Source: Eledone cirrhosa
Taxonomy: Eukaryota
Direction of reading: 5' to 3'
Length of the DNA stretch: 64,000 bases
Assembly (NCBI GenBank): GCA_964016885.1
Contig: OZ024762.1
Span: 18,538,001 to 18,602,000, forward strand
Shown here: positions 26,050-39,739 of the stretch, in pieces
How positions within the stretch are numbered: the first letter of the stretch is position 1
How the letters are laid out: each line of letters starts with the position of its first letter
Notes under the pieces: generated by a model
The model's input: the letters and a program-made list of their open reading frames with translations, nothing else
Database searches by the model: none
What the model was told of the DNA's origin: nothing
Program-made: the position numbers and the translations under genes

Positions 26050-27350
26050 TAATGCTTTCTTTATTAACCACAAGGGTTGACCACAAAGTAGACATTAAGG
26101 ACAACACAGGACAATACAAATGGGCATTTCTGCGTGTAAAAAAAACAAAAACAGTGTGACAAAAGGAAACAATGAAAAATTCCAAAAAAGGGGTGAGACC
26201 TCCGAGGGTTGCTCGTGGAGAAAGCCCACAAGAAAAGCCACGGTTACCCTGACCGCTAGGGCAAATGCCCTCTTCCAGTTTTCCTCCTACAATGCTACAG
26301 GCACACGCTCAGGGTATACCCATTCACACGGGCCAATTCATGCCTCTCTCACCCACCTTTCAACAAACTGGCTGGAAGTCAGCACTTCCCTCTCCATCCC
26401 GATTTTCCTCTTCAGGTGAAACCTGAAAAAGTTAATGAGGGCGTCACCGAAGAGGAAAGTACCTGTCTTCAACCCTTTCAGACGTGTCCACCATACAATC
26501 TCTTTTACCATGGCCACCAGGCAGATAAAAACTGCCTGCCCTTCTCGGCTGAAGGAAGGCGGCAGGGCAATCTTCACGATGGACTCAGCTGATAGCCGGA
26601 TCCGTTCTACACGTGACAGCAGGTGTTTGACATAAACCCACAAGTCAGCAATGCTCGGACACTGGACGAGTGCGTGCAGGACGGTTTCATCGCCCTGTGC
26701 GCATCTCGGACAGGCTCGGCTGACGGCACTTCCATGCCTGTAGAGTCTATCCCGAACTGGCAAGGCTCCTCGGTAGCACTGTCAGGCCAGGGATTTCTGG
26801 AAGTTGTCCATGGGCCCCGGTCCGAAAGTTCTTCCGAAGAGATTGGCATGTTGGGCGACATAGACCTGCCTCTCCAGGTGGTGCCGATTGTGGTGCCGAT
26901 TGCCTCGATGTGTTTGGTGTTCGACACCACTACGGTGATGTCGTCTGCATAAGCTGACACTGTTCTTCCGCATCCTAGTTCACGTGGGATCCCCCTCAAC
27001 GTCTCCAGTTTGTGCAGTAATGGTTGAAGAGTCAATACGTACAACGAGGACCAGAGAGAACATCCCTGGCGGATCGAGCACTTGACGTTGAACGGTTCCA
27101 CCGATACTAGTGCCCAGCTGGTAGAGGGCGGTGAGCGCTTGGAGACATTCCAACTTCCAAGCGCTATCCCTCGGTCTTTTCCTGATGCAGGACTGCAGCT
27201 CCGTCAAGGAGACGAGCTGGGGAAAAGCGTGTCTAGCAAACGGCGACCACACCTGTTCACCGTCAAGGAGGCACCAGAGATGTCGCAGCCCCAGCGCATG
27301 TTTGCGCATCATCAGCCACGGCATGCCTAGTCCTCCACGCTACGGGTGTT
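26050..27350 (-). mobile_element. L1/Tx1-clade LINE, deleted 3' part
   Basis: SIRQGC..VSAYADDITV (RT) and LPVRDRL..CPRC..ETVLHALVQC (CCHC). Confidence 0.88.
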
Positions 27351-27600
27351 GACAGAAAATGGATTGTCTGACCATGGGAGTTGTTAATACTGTAAATAAA
27401 ACCCTCTTTTTACAGCCAACCATATTATTCTTCACTGTTTCACTATTATTACTCCAAGAATCTCCTGCATAGGAATTCTCGTGAACTCGCCACCTAACTA
27501 AGGCAACTTCTTCAGTCAAACAACGCCGTACGTTAAAACTATCCACAATACAGAGTACTCACAACCTCTAACTGGATTACCTTAAACGATAACTTATTAT

Positions 27601-27654
<54 letters not shown>

Positions 27655-27659
<5 letters not shown>

Positions 27660-27855
27660 CAAAGGAATTGTGGTAAGGAACCAGATGGACCATAACGCAC
27701 CAGAGTACTCAATACTTAGGGTAGTAGAGTGGGAAATAGGAAAAGGTATGAACCTGACGGCAGAGCTCAAGCCGTTTCGACGGCTATTTCGACGGCTAGT
27801 CCAGAAATAGCCGTCGAAACGGCTTGAGCTCTGCCGTCGGGGTCATACTTTTTCA
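27655..27855. repeat. Fold-back repeat, same family as 13420-13610
   Basis: Shared 5' part and hairpin. Confidence 0.85.
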
Positions 27856-27973
27856 CACACATATATATATATGTATATATATATATATTTATTAAAATAA
27901 CAGATTAAAGTTTAAGCAAAGAATCGCTGGTTATCGAGCCCTCTTTTGATTTTAGTTTTCAAATTTATTAATA

Positions 27974-28016
<43 letters not shown>

Positions 28017-28159
28017 ATACTTGGGGAGGGTCATATTTGTGTAATATTGCCAGAATTAATAACAGAACACACTCACTGTTTGGTTTGTTTCGACACACGA
28101 TTTCATATAAAAAACCTCGCTAAACTATATATATATATACACATATACATACATATACA

Positions 28160-28231
<72 letters not shown>

Positions 28232-28404
28232 CGTAAAATAAGAAAATTATAAAATTAACTTACTTACTAAAATTTCACTCCCAACTAATTAGTTTCTGAA
28301 AGGGAATAAACATACTTTCCGAAGAAGTGTACAGAGAAGCCTTTCGTCATCAGGGAAGTCTATTCTCAGCTAAGTTTCCAGGCAATACGTGGACACTGGG
28401 AACT

Positions 28405-28572
<168 letters not shown>

Positions 28573-28999
28573 GAAGAGAGAAGGAACATTTACATATAAT
28601 TAGTAATAAAATGTATCATACCTAAACTGCTCCTAGATTCCTCGACTACGTAGTTTCGTGGCATAAACAAAAACAGTACATCATAAAGATATAGAGCCTT
28701 TGCGAGGTCTGCCGACTTATCAAGAGGATACCTCATTTTATAGCTTCAAGAACGCGTCTACACGACGTGAGAAAGAATCCCAAAAGGCGGAGGGGGAGAT
28801 AGTCACGCGATATAACGGTCGAGAAACAGAGCTAAGCCTCTTATAACCTCGAAGAAAATACCACGGAGGCGGAGGGGGTATTTATATCGAAGCCGTAGAA
28901 GAGGTGGTAAAGGAGACGAGAAGTATGAGTAATGGCAGCTTTCCAGCAGTCACTACACTTCAAAGATTACTCGACCAGAGGGAGTTATGAACAATATAT

Positions 29000-29315
29000 T
29001 TAGAAACACACAGATACATGCGGACACACACATATACATGAATGCATCCACACCCAACCGTGAGTCAATGGTGCCAACCCTACCGATGTTGCTCAATGAA
29101 TGACTGGGACAGACCAATCCGGTTGAACCAGACTGAACCAGTATCAGAGTTAAAAATACATTATACAAATGTATTTTTAACTCTGATACTGGTTCAGTCT
29201 GGTTCAACCGGATTGGTCTGTCCCAGTCATTCATTGAGCAACATCGGTAGGGTTGGCACCATTGACTCACGGTTGGATGTGGATGCATTCATGTATATGT
29301 GTGTTTCTAAATATA
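29000..29315. repeat. ~150-bp-arm near-perfect palindrome
   Basis: Apex ~29165; the same peptide is predicted on both strands in the ORF track. Confidence 0.92.
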
Positions 29316-29317
29316 TT

Positions 29318-29419
<102 letters not shown>

Positions 29420-29666
29420 TGTATATTTTACACCCAGCCTCAGCGTTATGTCCAGGTCAGTAAAAAATCTTTACCTGGGTCCTGTATTTTCGTTGCTCTG
29501 GTGATGCGGTCGGACTGCCAACTGCTATATCTAATTTGCTAAGCTGTCTGAACATAATGTTATACTCTGGGGTCTTACCTCATATGAGTGCTAAAGCTAC
29601 AAACCGAATAAGCATACACGCTAGCTTGGCCGTATACTAGAGCTTCGTCTATGCTGTACTAAAATG

Positions 29667-29709
<43 letters not shown>

Positions 29710-29844
29710 ATTGAACATGAAAATGAAACAAAATTGGAAGATCTTAATTAGTTCATTGCATTACGACCATTTCAGAGAGTCGATTGAATATGGTAAATCG
29801 ATACATTGACAAATTGGTAGAAACCAGTATATATACATAGAAGT

Positions 29845-30720
29845 TCAACCTCGCGAGGTGGAGAAAATACTTTGCTGATCTCCTAAACCCAATCACAACA
29901 ACATCTTTGGGTGTACAGGAGGTGCATCTGGGAGCGGTGACGAATCTCTCAGAGACTGAGGTCGCAAGAGCAGTTACAGAGCTCAAATGTGGCAAAGCCG
30001 CTAGGGAAGATGAAATCCGGCCCAAGATGTTAAAAGCCTTAAATAGAGAAGGTATTCTCTGGCTGACACGTGTGTGCCGGGTGGCCTGGACCTCTGGAAG
30101 GGCACCTAAGCAATGGCAATCGGGAGTGATAATCCCAGTTTTCAAAAAGAGAGACAAGAGAGATTGTTCCAATTACAGAGGGATCTCCTTGTTAAGCCTC
30201 TCTGGTAAAGTCTATGCTAAGTGTCTGGTAAAGAGATGCAGGGAGATTGTAGAATCTAAGCTAGCTGATGAACAGTATGGTTTTCGCCCTGGATACAACA
30301 CAGCTGATCAAATATTCCCACTGCAGCAGGTATTCGAGAAATTGTGTGAGTATTGCCAAGAAGTACATTCTTGTTTTGTCGACCTTGAGAAAGCATACTG
30401 AAATGGGATTCCTCCGAAGGGTCTTTGGAGTAAAGTTACTCGATAAAGTGTGTAGCTCGGAGATCAGAGAGTAACTCCAGGTAGAGTCGCTACTTCTCCG
30501 AACTGATAGATCACAGGAAATTCTAAACAATGGGTTTGTGTTTAGAATGTCTTCGGAAAGAATCGCTGGACAGATTTTACAAGCGAAACCAACAAGTAGG
30601 AGACCCAGGGGTAGACCCCGAGCAAGATGGATAACATCCATGAGCTTGGTTGGTCACGCTTGGGGATACAGCCGGAGACAGTTGTTTCAAACAGGACCCG
30701 TTGGGGAAATGTTTGAGAAT
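29845..30720 (+). mobile_element. RTE-clade LINE fragment with internal deletion (~30398)
   Basis: WQSGVIIPVFKK..CSNYRGISLLS..QYGFRPG..DQIF..FVDLEKAY joined to 3' RPRGRPR region. Confidence 0.92.
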
Positions 30721-30769
30721 TCTGCCCCCACGACCCATTCAGGAATTAGAGGGAAAAGAAAAAAAGATT

Positions 30770-31510
30770 TAGTCGTAGAACACTGGGAGGTTATATCCGT
30801 AGTAAGTAGAGCAATCAGACCATGGGACGAGTTCGGTATAAAGTTAGTTCCACAACATATTAACGAACCATCTTCGAGTACACGTGTTTCACCTAACGGA
30901 TTTTCAATTAGAGTGAGGTAGTACTGAAAAACGGAAGTTTATGAGTTGGCCGATCAAGGGGGACCACTCAAGTTAGACTTATGAAAGGGAGACAACTGAG
31001 TTCATTCTGGATAAAATTAGTCTGGGTCCTTGTAGTTACATAATAAGTACTTGGAGGCGTGTGGACATCGATTATAAAAGTCGGATCTTGTATTTAGACA
31101 AGTACTATTACGCAATCTCGGCAAGATATTTATTCTTTCATCGATGCACAGCCTACAAGACAAATTCCCATTTCTGTATGGCCTAGATTTGACCAGAACT
31201 TTCCAATGAATGAAGTAATCCACGTCTGCATATTTGAGTGACCATATGTGGATTGCGAGCTTCGTGGATGATCGCTTATCCGAGTATATAAAAATCGTCT
31301 GATGGTTAAGGACGGTTCTTTAAAACCTCCACCATACCTTCATATGGTTTGACCTCCTGTTGTTGGTTTGGTAGATTAGATCTAATTTTAGCTTCATAGG
31401 CTATAGAGGGTATGTTACACTGTTGCTGAAAGGGGCATGTTTCTGGCCTTCTGCAAGAGTATCTCCGAACTGAGAGATCATGGAAATTTGTAAGTTACTG
31501 TTCCTCGTTC
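30770..31510 (-). mobile_element. Penelope-like element 3' end: endonuclease C-terminus plus pLTR with degenerate hammerhead
   Basis: IHWKVLVKSRPY..CRLCIDE..CLNTRSD..CPHASKYLL; rc tgaaaatccgttaggtGAAACacgtGTActcg at ~30870-30908. Confidence 0.85.
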
Positions 31511-31639
31511 AATTACCTATATATATAGGATGGTGTTCGATATGTAGGACGCCTTTTCTTGCGGTATAAGGACACGATTAAGGATATTATGGCGGAAGCT
31601 AATCGAGGATGCAAACATCGATATTGAAAACCAAAGGAA

Positions 31640-32000
31640 GCAGAACAACAAGAAGAAAAGGGAGAAATGACACAACAGACCAGATCGACTAATGAACAGA
31701 CTTGTATTTATGTACCAGTCACTCTCCGACACGTTTGCGGTCGTGCCCTCGGTAGTGGAGACTTCTGGTGTCCTTGGCCCTATGGGTCTCTCCCTACTCA
31801 CCACCATAGGCGCTGAGCTGGTCATCCGCAAGTGTGGGCCTCGCGAGATGGAATGGCTCTTCCAGCGCATCTCACTTACCATCCTTCGGGGAAACGCCTT
31901 CTCCCTTCTGTCCGCCGGGGCTGAGGGGAGGCCAGCACGTGGGACCCCATTTGCTCACCATACAGAGAGATGAGGAGGGCGAGAGAGATGGAGGCGATGA
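31640..32000 (+). mobile_element. CRE-like RLE retrotransposon 3' end
   Basis: F.VVPSVVETSGVLGP..EWLFQRISLTILRGNA; followed by a CA-rich tract. Confidence 0.75.
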
Positions 32001-32588
32001 CAGCCACACCCACACCCACATCCACACAAACACACGCTCACATACATACACATACAGCCACACACACACACACACGTACACATACACATACAGCCGCACA
32101 CACACACACGTACACATACACATACACATACAGCCTCACACACACACACGTACACATACACATGCAGCCACACACACATACACGTATACATACACATACA
32201 GCCACACATACACGTATACATACACATACAGCCATACACACACACGTACACATACACATACACATACAGCCATCCACACACACACACGTACACATACACA
32301 TACAGCCACACACACACACGTACACATACACATACAGCCACACACACACACACACACGTACATACACACACGTACATACACACACACATACACATACAGC
32401 CACACACACACACACACATACACACAAACATACACATATAGCCACACTCACACACGTACACATACACATACATACACATACAGCCACACACATACACAAT
32501 GAAGAAGCAACGACAACGAAAGAATGGTGTTTTATACGTTAGCAATTTAATAAATTACCAAAAATATGACCACAGAACAAGATTATTT

Positions 32589-32990
32589 TCACTCTTTTTC
32601 ATACTTTTTGTTAACCATATTGTTAAATTTCTCTTTCACATCCTCAGTAAAGTGGTCTACGACATATTTTCGGGCTCCAAATTCGGCCAATTCTACATCA
32701 CCAATTAAACCTCCTTCGTTGGAAATTAGTTGACAGCCAACCCAGGCATCAATAGTAATCTTGTAAATATGGAAATGATCATCATCTAAGGTTGGGTATA
32801 CAACAATAGGAATCTGCACAAGACCTCTGATTTTCACATCTGGGTTAAGACGTCTGCATTTGGAATCCATGGAAGTAAGTACTTTAGCGATAAATTCTAT
32901 GAAGAAACCATTATTTTTGGCATCAAGATGGAATTCTTCGGCGAATTTCTTTCCTATGATTTTCTGAATCCACGAACCAATTTGTTTTTT
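32589..32990 (-). CDS. Gene B exon 4 (terminal)
   Basis: tttcgttccAG|KKQIGSWIQKII..HFHIYKITIDAWVGC..NEGGL..FGARKYVVD..EKE*; homologous to exons 3a/3b. Confidence 0.9.
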   Translation of the reverse strand, partial: KKQIGSWIQKIIGKKFAEEFHLDAKNNGFFIEFIAKVLTSMDSKCRRLNPDVKIRGLVQIPIVVYPTLDDDHFHIYKITIDAWVGCQLISNEGGLIGDVELAEFGARKYVVDHFTEDVKEKFNNMVNKKYEKE

Positions 32991-33159
32991 CTGGAACGAA
33001 ATAACATTTTAGAATTGGAAAAATGGAAATACTTCGTCATGTCATTCATTATATATATATATAAATAAGACGTCGAATGCTCAAATTTCAACGTAGATAC
33101 ATTGACAAGAAACAACAGAAGTTATCCACGAGATAAGATCATCGAGTGGTTTTTGATTT

Positions 33160-33550
33160 AGACAGCAATTTTAGGGGAAAAGGCAATTTAGGGGAAATTT
33201 TAGGGAAATTTTAGGGGAAAGGAGGGGAAAATCGATTAAATCGAACCCAGTGTGTTACTGGTACTTTATTTTATCAACCCCGTAAAGATGAAAAGCAAAG
33301 TTAACCTCGACGGAATTTGAACTAAGAACGCAAAGGGCCGTAACTCTATGCCGCGAAGCAGGGTACCCAACACTCTATCGATACTGCCAATCCACTGCCC
33401 TTTCAACTCGTAAATAGTGGTTTCTAATTTAGCCACAAGGCCAGCAAGGGTAAGGAAGGGGGAAAGTCGAACCAAGTATGTTACTGGTACTTTATTTTAT
33501 CGACTCTGTGCTAACCTCGGCGAGATTTGAACTCAGAACGTAAATGGCCG
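33160..33550 (-). mobile_element. SINE copies in gene B intron 3
   Basis: Family consensus. Confidence 0.85.
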
Positions 33551-33810
33551 TATTGTGTACAGTGTTCAGGTGCACTACAACTCATCAAAGGTGCATGTAT
33601 AGTACATAGAATAATGTACAAATGTCAGGAAAGCGAACAGTGTATGAGTCATGCTATACATATAGACACATGAGTGCGTGTGTGTGGAGGGGGAATATCA
33701 GGTGTAGCGCTGGCAAATTTTGGGAAGCATGGAAGTTTTGAAGGATGCAGTGCCCCGATAGCTAACAACTGATGCGGGTAGTTTGTTCCATTTTTCAGCA
33801 ACTCAATGTT
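33550..33810 (-). mobile_element. Probable CR1/L2-type LINE 3' fragment
   Basis: Pattern resemblance only. Confidence 0.4.
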
Positions 33811-33939
33811 AAAAAAAAAAAAATGTTTAAATGTCTGTCATACAACAGTTTAATAAGTCACCGTTTGTTGTTATTTTAAGTACATCTTAATTAAGTTTTA
33901 TTCCCAAAGTTATTATTCTACACTAGAAATCATTTAGTT

Positions 33940-34220
33940 CAGTCATGGACAACCTGCGGCCCGCGAAACTTTCTGGATGGCTCGCCTAAGTCATCTAAGT
34001 GAAATCTTTCTGATTTTTTAACCCCAACTTTTCAGTCGTAATTTATCTTTCTATCATTTGTACGATCGAGGAAAACAACGTGTACGAATTCTGAAGAAGC
34101 AAATCAAGACAACTTGAGTTACCGCCCTTTTTTAATGAAGGCGCGAATGTAAATTAGCGACTTATGATGAACCATATCTCGTGTGGTGGCGCTCTTCTCG
34201 AAAAAGGTAGCCCATGCCTG
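33940..34220. mobile_element. Possible hAT-type MITE
   Basis: Imperfect TIRs CAGTCATGGACAAC / GTAGCCCATGCCTG; no clear TSD. Confidence 0.45.
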
Positions 34221-34496
34221 GGCTAACGATAATAATATTTTGCCGCCTCCGACACCACAAATATATCTACCATGTTAAAGGTAAGATTTCTTTTTTGTTT
34301 TTAAATGACCAAAGAATTACAACAGTGAAGACACGTGGTCTAGGCTTACGATTGTAAACATTTGTAAACATTTCTGTGACAGATTATTCCTGGGGTCGTT
34401 ATGAACCCTTTATGGTGCACCACCTAATATTACATTCACCCAATAGTTGAAACCAGACCCCCCCCCCCAACCCCCCCGAAACCAAACAATACTTAC

Positions 34497-34667
34497 TAAA
34501 CCTTCAGGGGCAGTTCCGAATTTCCAATCATCTATATCTCTAATGAACTTGTCGGAGCGTTTGACATTAAGGTCACTCGTTAGGTAAGCGAAGTAGGAGG
34601 TACTCAAGTGGTTAAGCATATTTTCATATGTGTTGTACTTTTTCTTATCAAATTCAAATACCATTAA
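34497..34667 (-). CDS. Gene B exon 3
   Basis: ttttgtgtAG|[30 protein letters not shown]|GTAAGT, phase 0/0. Confidence 0.88.
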
Positions 34668-34850
34668 CTACACAAAAAAACAAAAAAAAACAAACAAAAC
34701 AAACAATATAACAAAAACATCTCCGATCAAATGTTTGAAATATGGAGGAAGAAATGGTATACACACACACATATTTAAACACCAGTACAGAAAACTGTAT
34801 AGATAGATATATACATACAGACATACACGCAAACATATGTGTGTGTAAAC

Positions 34851-34892
<42 letters not shown>

Positions 34893-34927
34893 ATATATGT
34901 ATATATATATGTGTATATATGTATATA

Positions 34928-34974
<47 letters not shown>

Positions 34975-35278
34975 ACATATGTGTATATATATATATGTAC
35001 ATATATATGTGTGTATATATATGTATATATGTGTGTATATATATGTATATACATATATATATGTATATATGTGTATATATATGTGTGTATATATATGTGT
35101 ATATATATATATAAGTGTGTGTGTGCAGATATGTGTGTATATATATGTATGTATATATATATATGTGTATATATATATACATGTGTGTGTATATATATAA
35201 GTATATATATATATGTGTGTGTATATATAAATTGTGTATATATGCATGTGTGTATATATATATGTATATATATATATG

Positions 35279-35324
<46 letters not shown>

Positions 35325-35417
35325 GGTATATATATGTGTATATATATGTATGAATCAATATATATGTAATATATATAAGTATATATATATATATCTATTT
35401 ATACATATGTAAATATA

Positions 35418-35518
<101 letters not shown>

Positions 35519-35530
35519 GCATATATATAT

Positions 35531-35577
<47 letters not shown>

Positions 35578-35719
35578 CATATATATACATATATGTGATC
35601 ACCACCGTTTTCTGTTTTAGATTTTGGTCATATCAGGGTGTAGCCGTACCGACCACGCTTGGCCAGATGCGGGTTTGTGATGCTATTTAACTAATAGCTG
35701 GGTAAATTTATTTCTAGAG

Positions 35720-36132
35720 TTGAGTATACTGAAGCAACGTGAAATAAAGTGTTTTGCTCAAGAACGAAACGCAAGGCCTGGTCCGCGAATCGAACTCACA
35801 ACCTCAGTATTGTCAGCCCCACGTTCTAACCACTAAGCCATAAATGACTGTAAGCTGAAAAGTTCATAGTGTGTGTGTGTGTGTGTAACATCTCACACCT
35901 ATGCAGGTTTGGCTAGCCTCCTCCAAAGTATATCTCGTTGGAGGTGTCTTGGGTAATTTAATGATAGGGACCTCAGTCCTTATCATCTTATTTCTACAGC
36001 TGAGTAAACTGGAGCAACGTGAAAATAAAGTGTCTTGCTCAGGGAAACAACACATCACCCGGACCGAGAATTGAACTCACAACCTTCTGATTGCAAGCCC
36101 AATTCTTTAACCACTAAGCCATGCGCCTTCAC
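35720..36132 (-). mobile_element. Two CORE-like tRNA SINE copies
   Basis: rc ggcgcatggcttagtggtt..gagttcaattc..gagcaagacact..ttgctccagtttactcagctgt. Confidence 0.75.
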
Positions 36133-36283
36133 GAAAAGTTCATAGGCTGACCAAGATACTCTCATGTAGACATGAGTTTTATGTTTCAACACAGTGCCCA
36201 CGAACTTGTCAGCCTACCCTCGTATATTAAAAATGATTTGTTTCTCCTTTGAATGAAATTTAATTATATAGATTAAAATTTAC

Positions 36284-36447
36284 CTTTGTTGGTAATTTCA
36301 TGTCGCGAATATCTTCAGTCAGGTTACCCATGAAAGCTATGGGCTGGTCAGCAGATAGGATTGGTCTATCGGAATCTGAACCGTATTTCACATCTTGTAG
36401 GCGCTTGAGGGCAGTATCTAGAACATCTTTAATATCAGCATAACCTC
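36284..36447 (-). CDS. Gene B exon 2
   Basis: cctttatctAG|(G)GYADIKDVL..RPILSADQPIAFMGNL..LPTK|GTAAAT, phase 1/0. Confidence 0.88.
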
Positions 36448-36489
36448 CTAGATAAAGGAAAACATGTTGCATATATATATATATATATA

Positions 36490-36952
36490 GTTTTAATATA
36501 GATGAGATTCTACAGGACTAGAACTGTTTCATTCTTTAGAAATCATCAGGAATCTGGGTATCAAAAAATAAGTATGGTATTTATAGGTCTCTACAAGTGG
36601 TAGGAGAGGGTGGGGAGTGGGATGGGTGTAGGTCATTGGTTGATAGAAAAGGGAATTCATAAAAAGCTAATTCTACAAAGCTATAGTTTATTTTTATTTA
36701 TTTTTGTTTTTAGAGTAACAAAGGCAGACAGAATTCCAATGACCTACACCCATCCCACTCCCCACCCTCTCCTACCACTTGTAGAGACCTATAAATACCA
36801 TACTTATTTTTTGATACCCAGATTCATGATGATTTCTAAAGAATGAAACAGTTCTAGTCCTGTAGAATCTCATCTATATTAAAACTTTTATACTCTGCAA
36901 TGTATTGAGTACCTTACTTACTGTGGTTACCTCCGATTCAACCCGGAATAAC

Positions 36953-36960
<8 letters not shown>
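36490..36960. repeat. Fold-back repeat with hammerhead-like arms (36490-36635 / 36740-36888)
   Basis: Reverse-complement arms; same family as ~6450 and ~55800. Confidence 0.8.
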
Positions 36961-37013
<53 letters not shown>

Positions 37014-37559
37014 GAATATGTGTTCCTACACGCACAAGGCGCTAAGGGACACATGTATTGTCCAACCAAATGCCAATGTGGTTCAATGGCAGGTTAATAA
37101 ATTAACGAGCCAGAACATATATAATCAAGGTTTAGCAAATAAGAAAAAGTTTCAAAATAAATTTTAAAAAATTAACTTTACTTACTATAGTTACCTTTAC
37201 CGAATCGGTTTCGAATCTCAAAAATAAACGGTGTCCATACGGCCTTCGTTGCAAAGAAAGATTCTCGTTAGAAGGATCTTTTCATTCGAAGAATATAAAA
37301 TTCTCGAATTCAAATTACGAACTGGCGCTATTCAAAATTGTTCCCGAGATGAGAGTAAATGAAGTGGAATCAATTTTTTCAAGGGCCGAGTGTAAAGATA
37401 GAGGCAGAGGCAGGGAGGTCAGTCGGCTACCGCTATAACTAGCAGCAGTCAGAACGACCAAATTTTTTCTCAACCATATATATATATATATAATATATAT
37501 ATATAATATATATATATAATATCTAAGATCAAAAGATGGTTAAAAGAGTTCCATGTATT

Positions 37560-37623
37560 TTATTATGCGCATTTCAAAAACAAATATCATCATGCGATGA
37601 CATTTGCGTTTTCGTCAGATAAA
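37560..37623 (-). ncRNA. Hammerhead ribozyme in gene B intron 1 (sense strand)
   Basis: rc: ttat-CTGACGA-aaacgcaaatgtcatcgcatgatgatatttgttttt-GAAA-tgcgc-ATA-ataa. Confidence 0.7.
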
Positions 37624-37759
37624 ATAGGGAGACATGATATGAAGGTTAAAAAACACTTGTGAATAGTGCAGTTTTAAATCAACAACTGCACTATTCACAA
37701 GTGTTTTTTAACGCAAAAGCAAAACAAGTTCCATGTTTAAAGTTATTTCTTTACTCTAC

Positions 37760-37820
37760 CTTGAGTGAACTGCACAGTGGCTACTGCCAGGACCAAACAG
37801 AGAAGTGAATTGAAGGCCAT
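37760..37820 (-). CDS. Gene B exon 1 (signal peptide)
   Basis: MAFNSLLCLVLAVATVQFTQG|gtagag, phase 1; TATTTAA box ~70 nt upstream of the ATG (rc 37889-37895). Confidence 0.85.
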
Positions 37821-38004
37821 TACTATTGGTATCCGTCTCTTGGTTCCTTGAAGAGATGAAGTGCTTGGATAGGACCAGAAGCTCGGCTTAAATAATGTTA
37901 CATGTACACCAACGTCCACCAACAGATGTCGCCTTCCTCTCAACTTTTGTTTAGAGGAAAAAAAAAGAAACAAGAAAAAAGAAAAAAACAGGCGCAAAAG
38001 TTCA

Positions 38005-39243
38005 ATACACCAACATACCACACCACCACACCAACACACCACACCACCACACCAACACACCACACCACCACACCAACACACCACACCACCACACCAACAC
38101 ACCACACCACCACACCAACACACCACACCACCACACCAACACACCACACCACCACACCAACACACCAACACACCACACCAACACACCAACACACCACACC
38201 AACACTCCAACACCCCAGCACTCCAACACACCACACCACCACACCAACACACCACACCACCACACCAACACACCACACCAACACTCCAACACACCACACC
38301 ACCACACCAACACACCAACACACCACACCAACACTCCAACACCCCACCACTCCAACACACCACACCCCAGCATCCCAACACCCCAGCACTCCAACACACT
38401 ACACCCAACACACACCAACACCTCTATACACCAACACACCAATACACCACTACATCACTACACCACCACACTACCACACCACCACACCACCACACCAACA
38501 CACCACTACACCACTACACCAACACACCACCACACTACCACACCACCACACCATCACACCACCACACCAACACACCACTACACCACTACACCAACACCCC
38601 ACCACACCACCACAACACCACACCACCACAACACCACACCAACACACCACCACACCACTACGCCACCACACCATCACACTAACACACCGCCACACCACCA
38701 CACCACTACACCACTACACCAACACACCAACACACCACCACACCACCACACCACCACACTATCACATCACCATACCATCACACCGCCACACCAATACACC
38801 ACCGCACCACCACACCACCACACCACTACACCACCACACAATCACACCACCACACCATCACACCATCACACCACCGCACCACCACACCATCACACCGCCA
38901 CACCAAAACACCACTACACCTCCACACCACCACACCACCACTACACCACTACACCAACACACCAACACACCTCCACACCACCACACCATCACACCACTAC
39001 ACCACCACACCATCACACCACCGCACCACCACACCAACACACCACCACACCATCACACCACCGCACCACCACACCAACACACCACCACACCATCACACCA
39101 CCGCACCACCGCACCACCACACCAACACACCACCACACCATCACACCACCGCACCACCACACCAACACACCACCACACCAACACACCACCACACCACCAC
39201 ACCACTACACCAACACCCCAACACCCCAACACTCCAACCCACT
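38005..39243. repeat. C-rich (CACCA/CCAAC) degenerate satellite
   Basis: Directly visible. Confidence 0.95.
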
Positions 39244-39345
39244 AACGCCCTCATTCAAACTCTTACCTCTACCCACCACTAGCCCCACCATCACCACCAT
39301 CATATATATATATATATATATATACATACACACACACAGATACCG

Positions 39346-39414
<69 letters not shown>

Positions 39415-39536
39415 AACACACGCACACACACACATATATATATATATACACACACATTTATTGATTAAAAGAACCCGGAAATAATTTACCACGATGAACT
39501 TCTTATTGTATCATTGTCACTTGATAAAGAGGAATG

Positions 39537-39573
<37 letters not shown>

Positions 39574-39739
39574 GTGTAAGGTGTGTATATGGTAGTGTGT
39601 GTATATATAAAAATATAAATATGGTAGAAATAAAATAAAAATAATAATAATAATAATAAGCGCAACAACGACTTCATTATTGATGCCAGATATTGTGAGT
39701 GTGACAATGGTTGTGGTATTGGGGAAGTAGCAGCTGACA

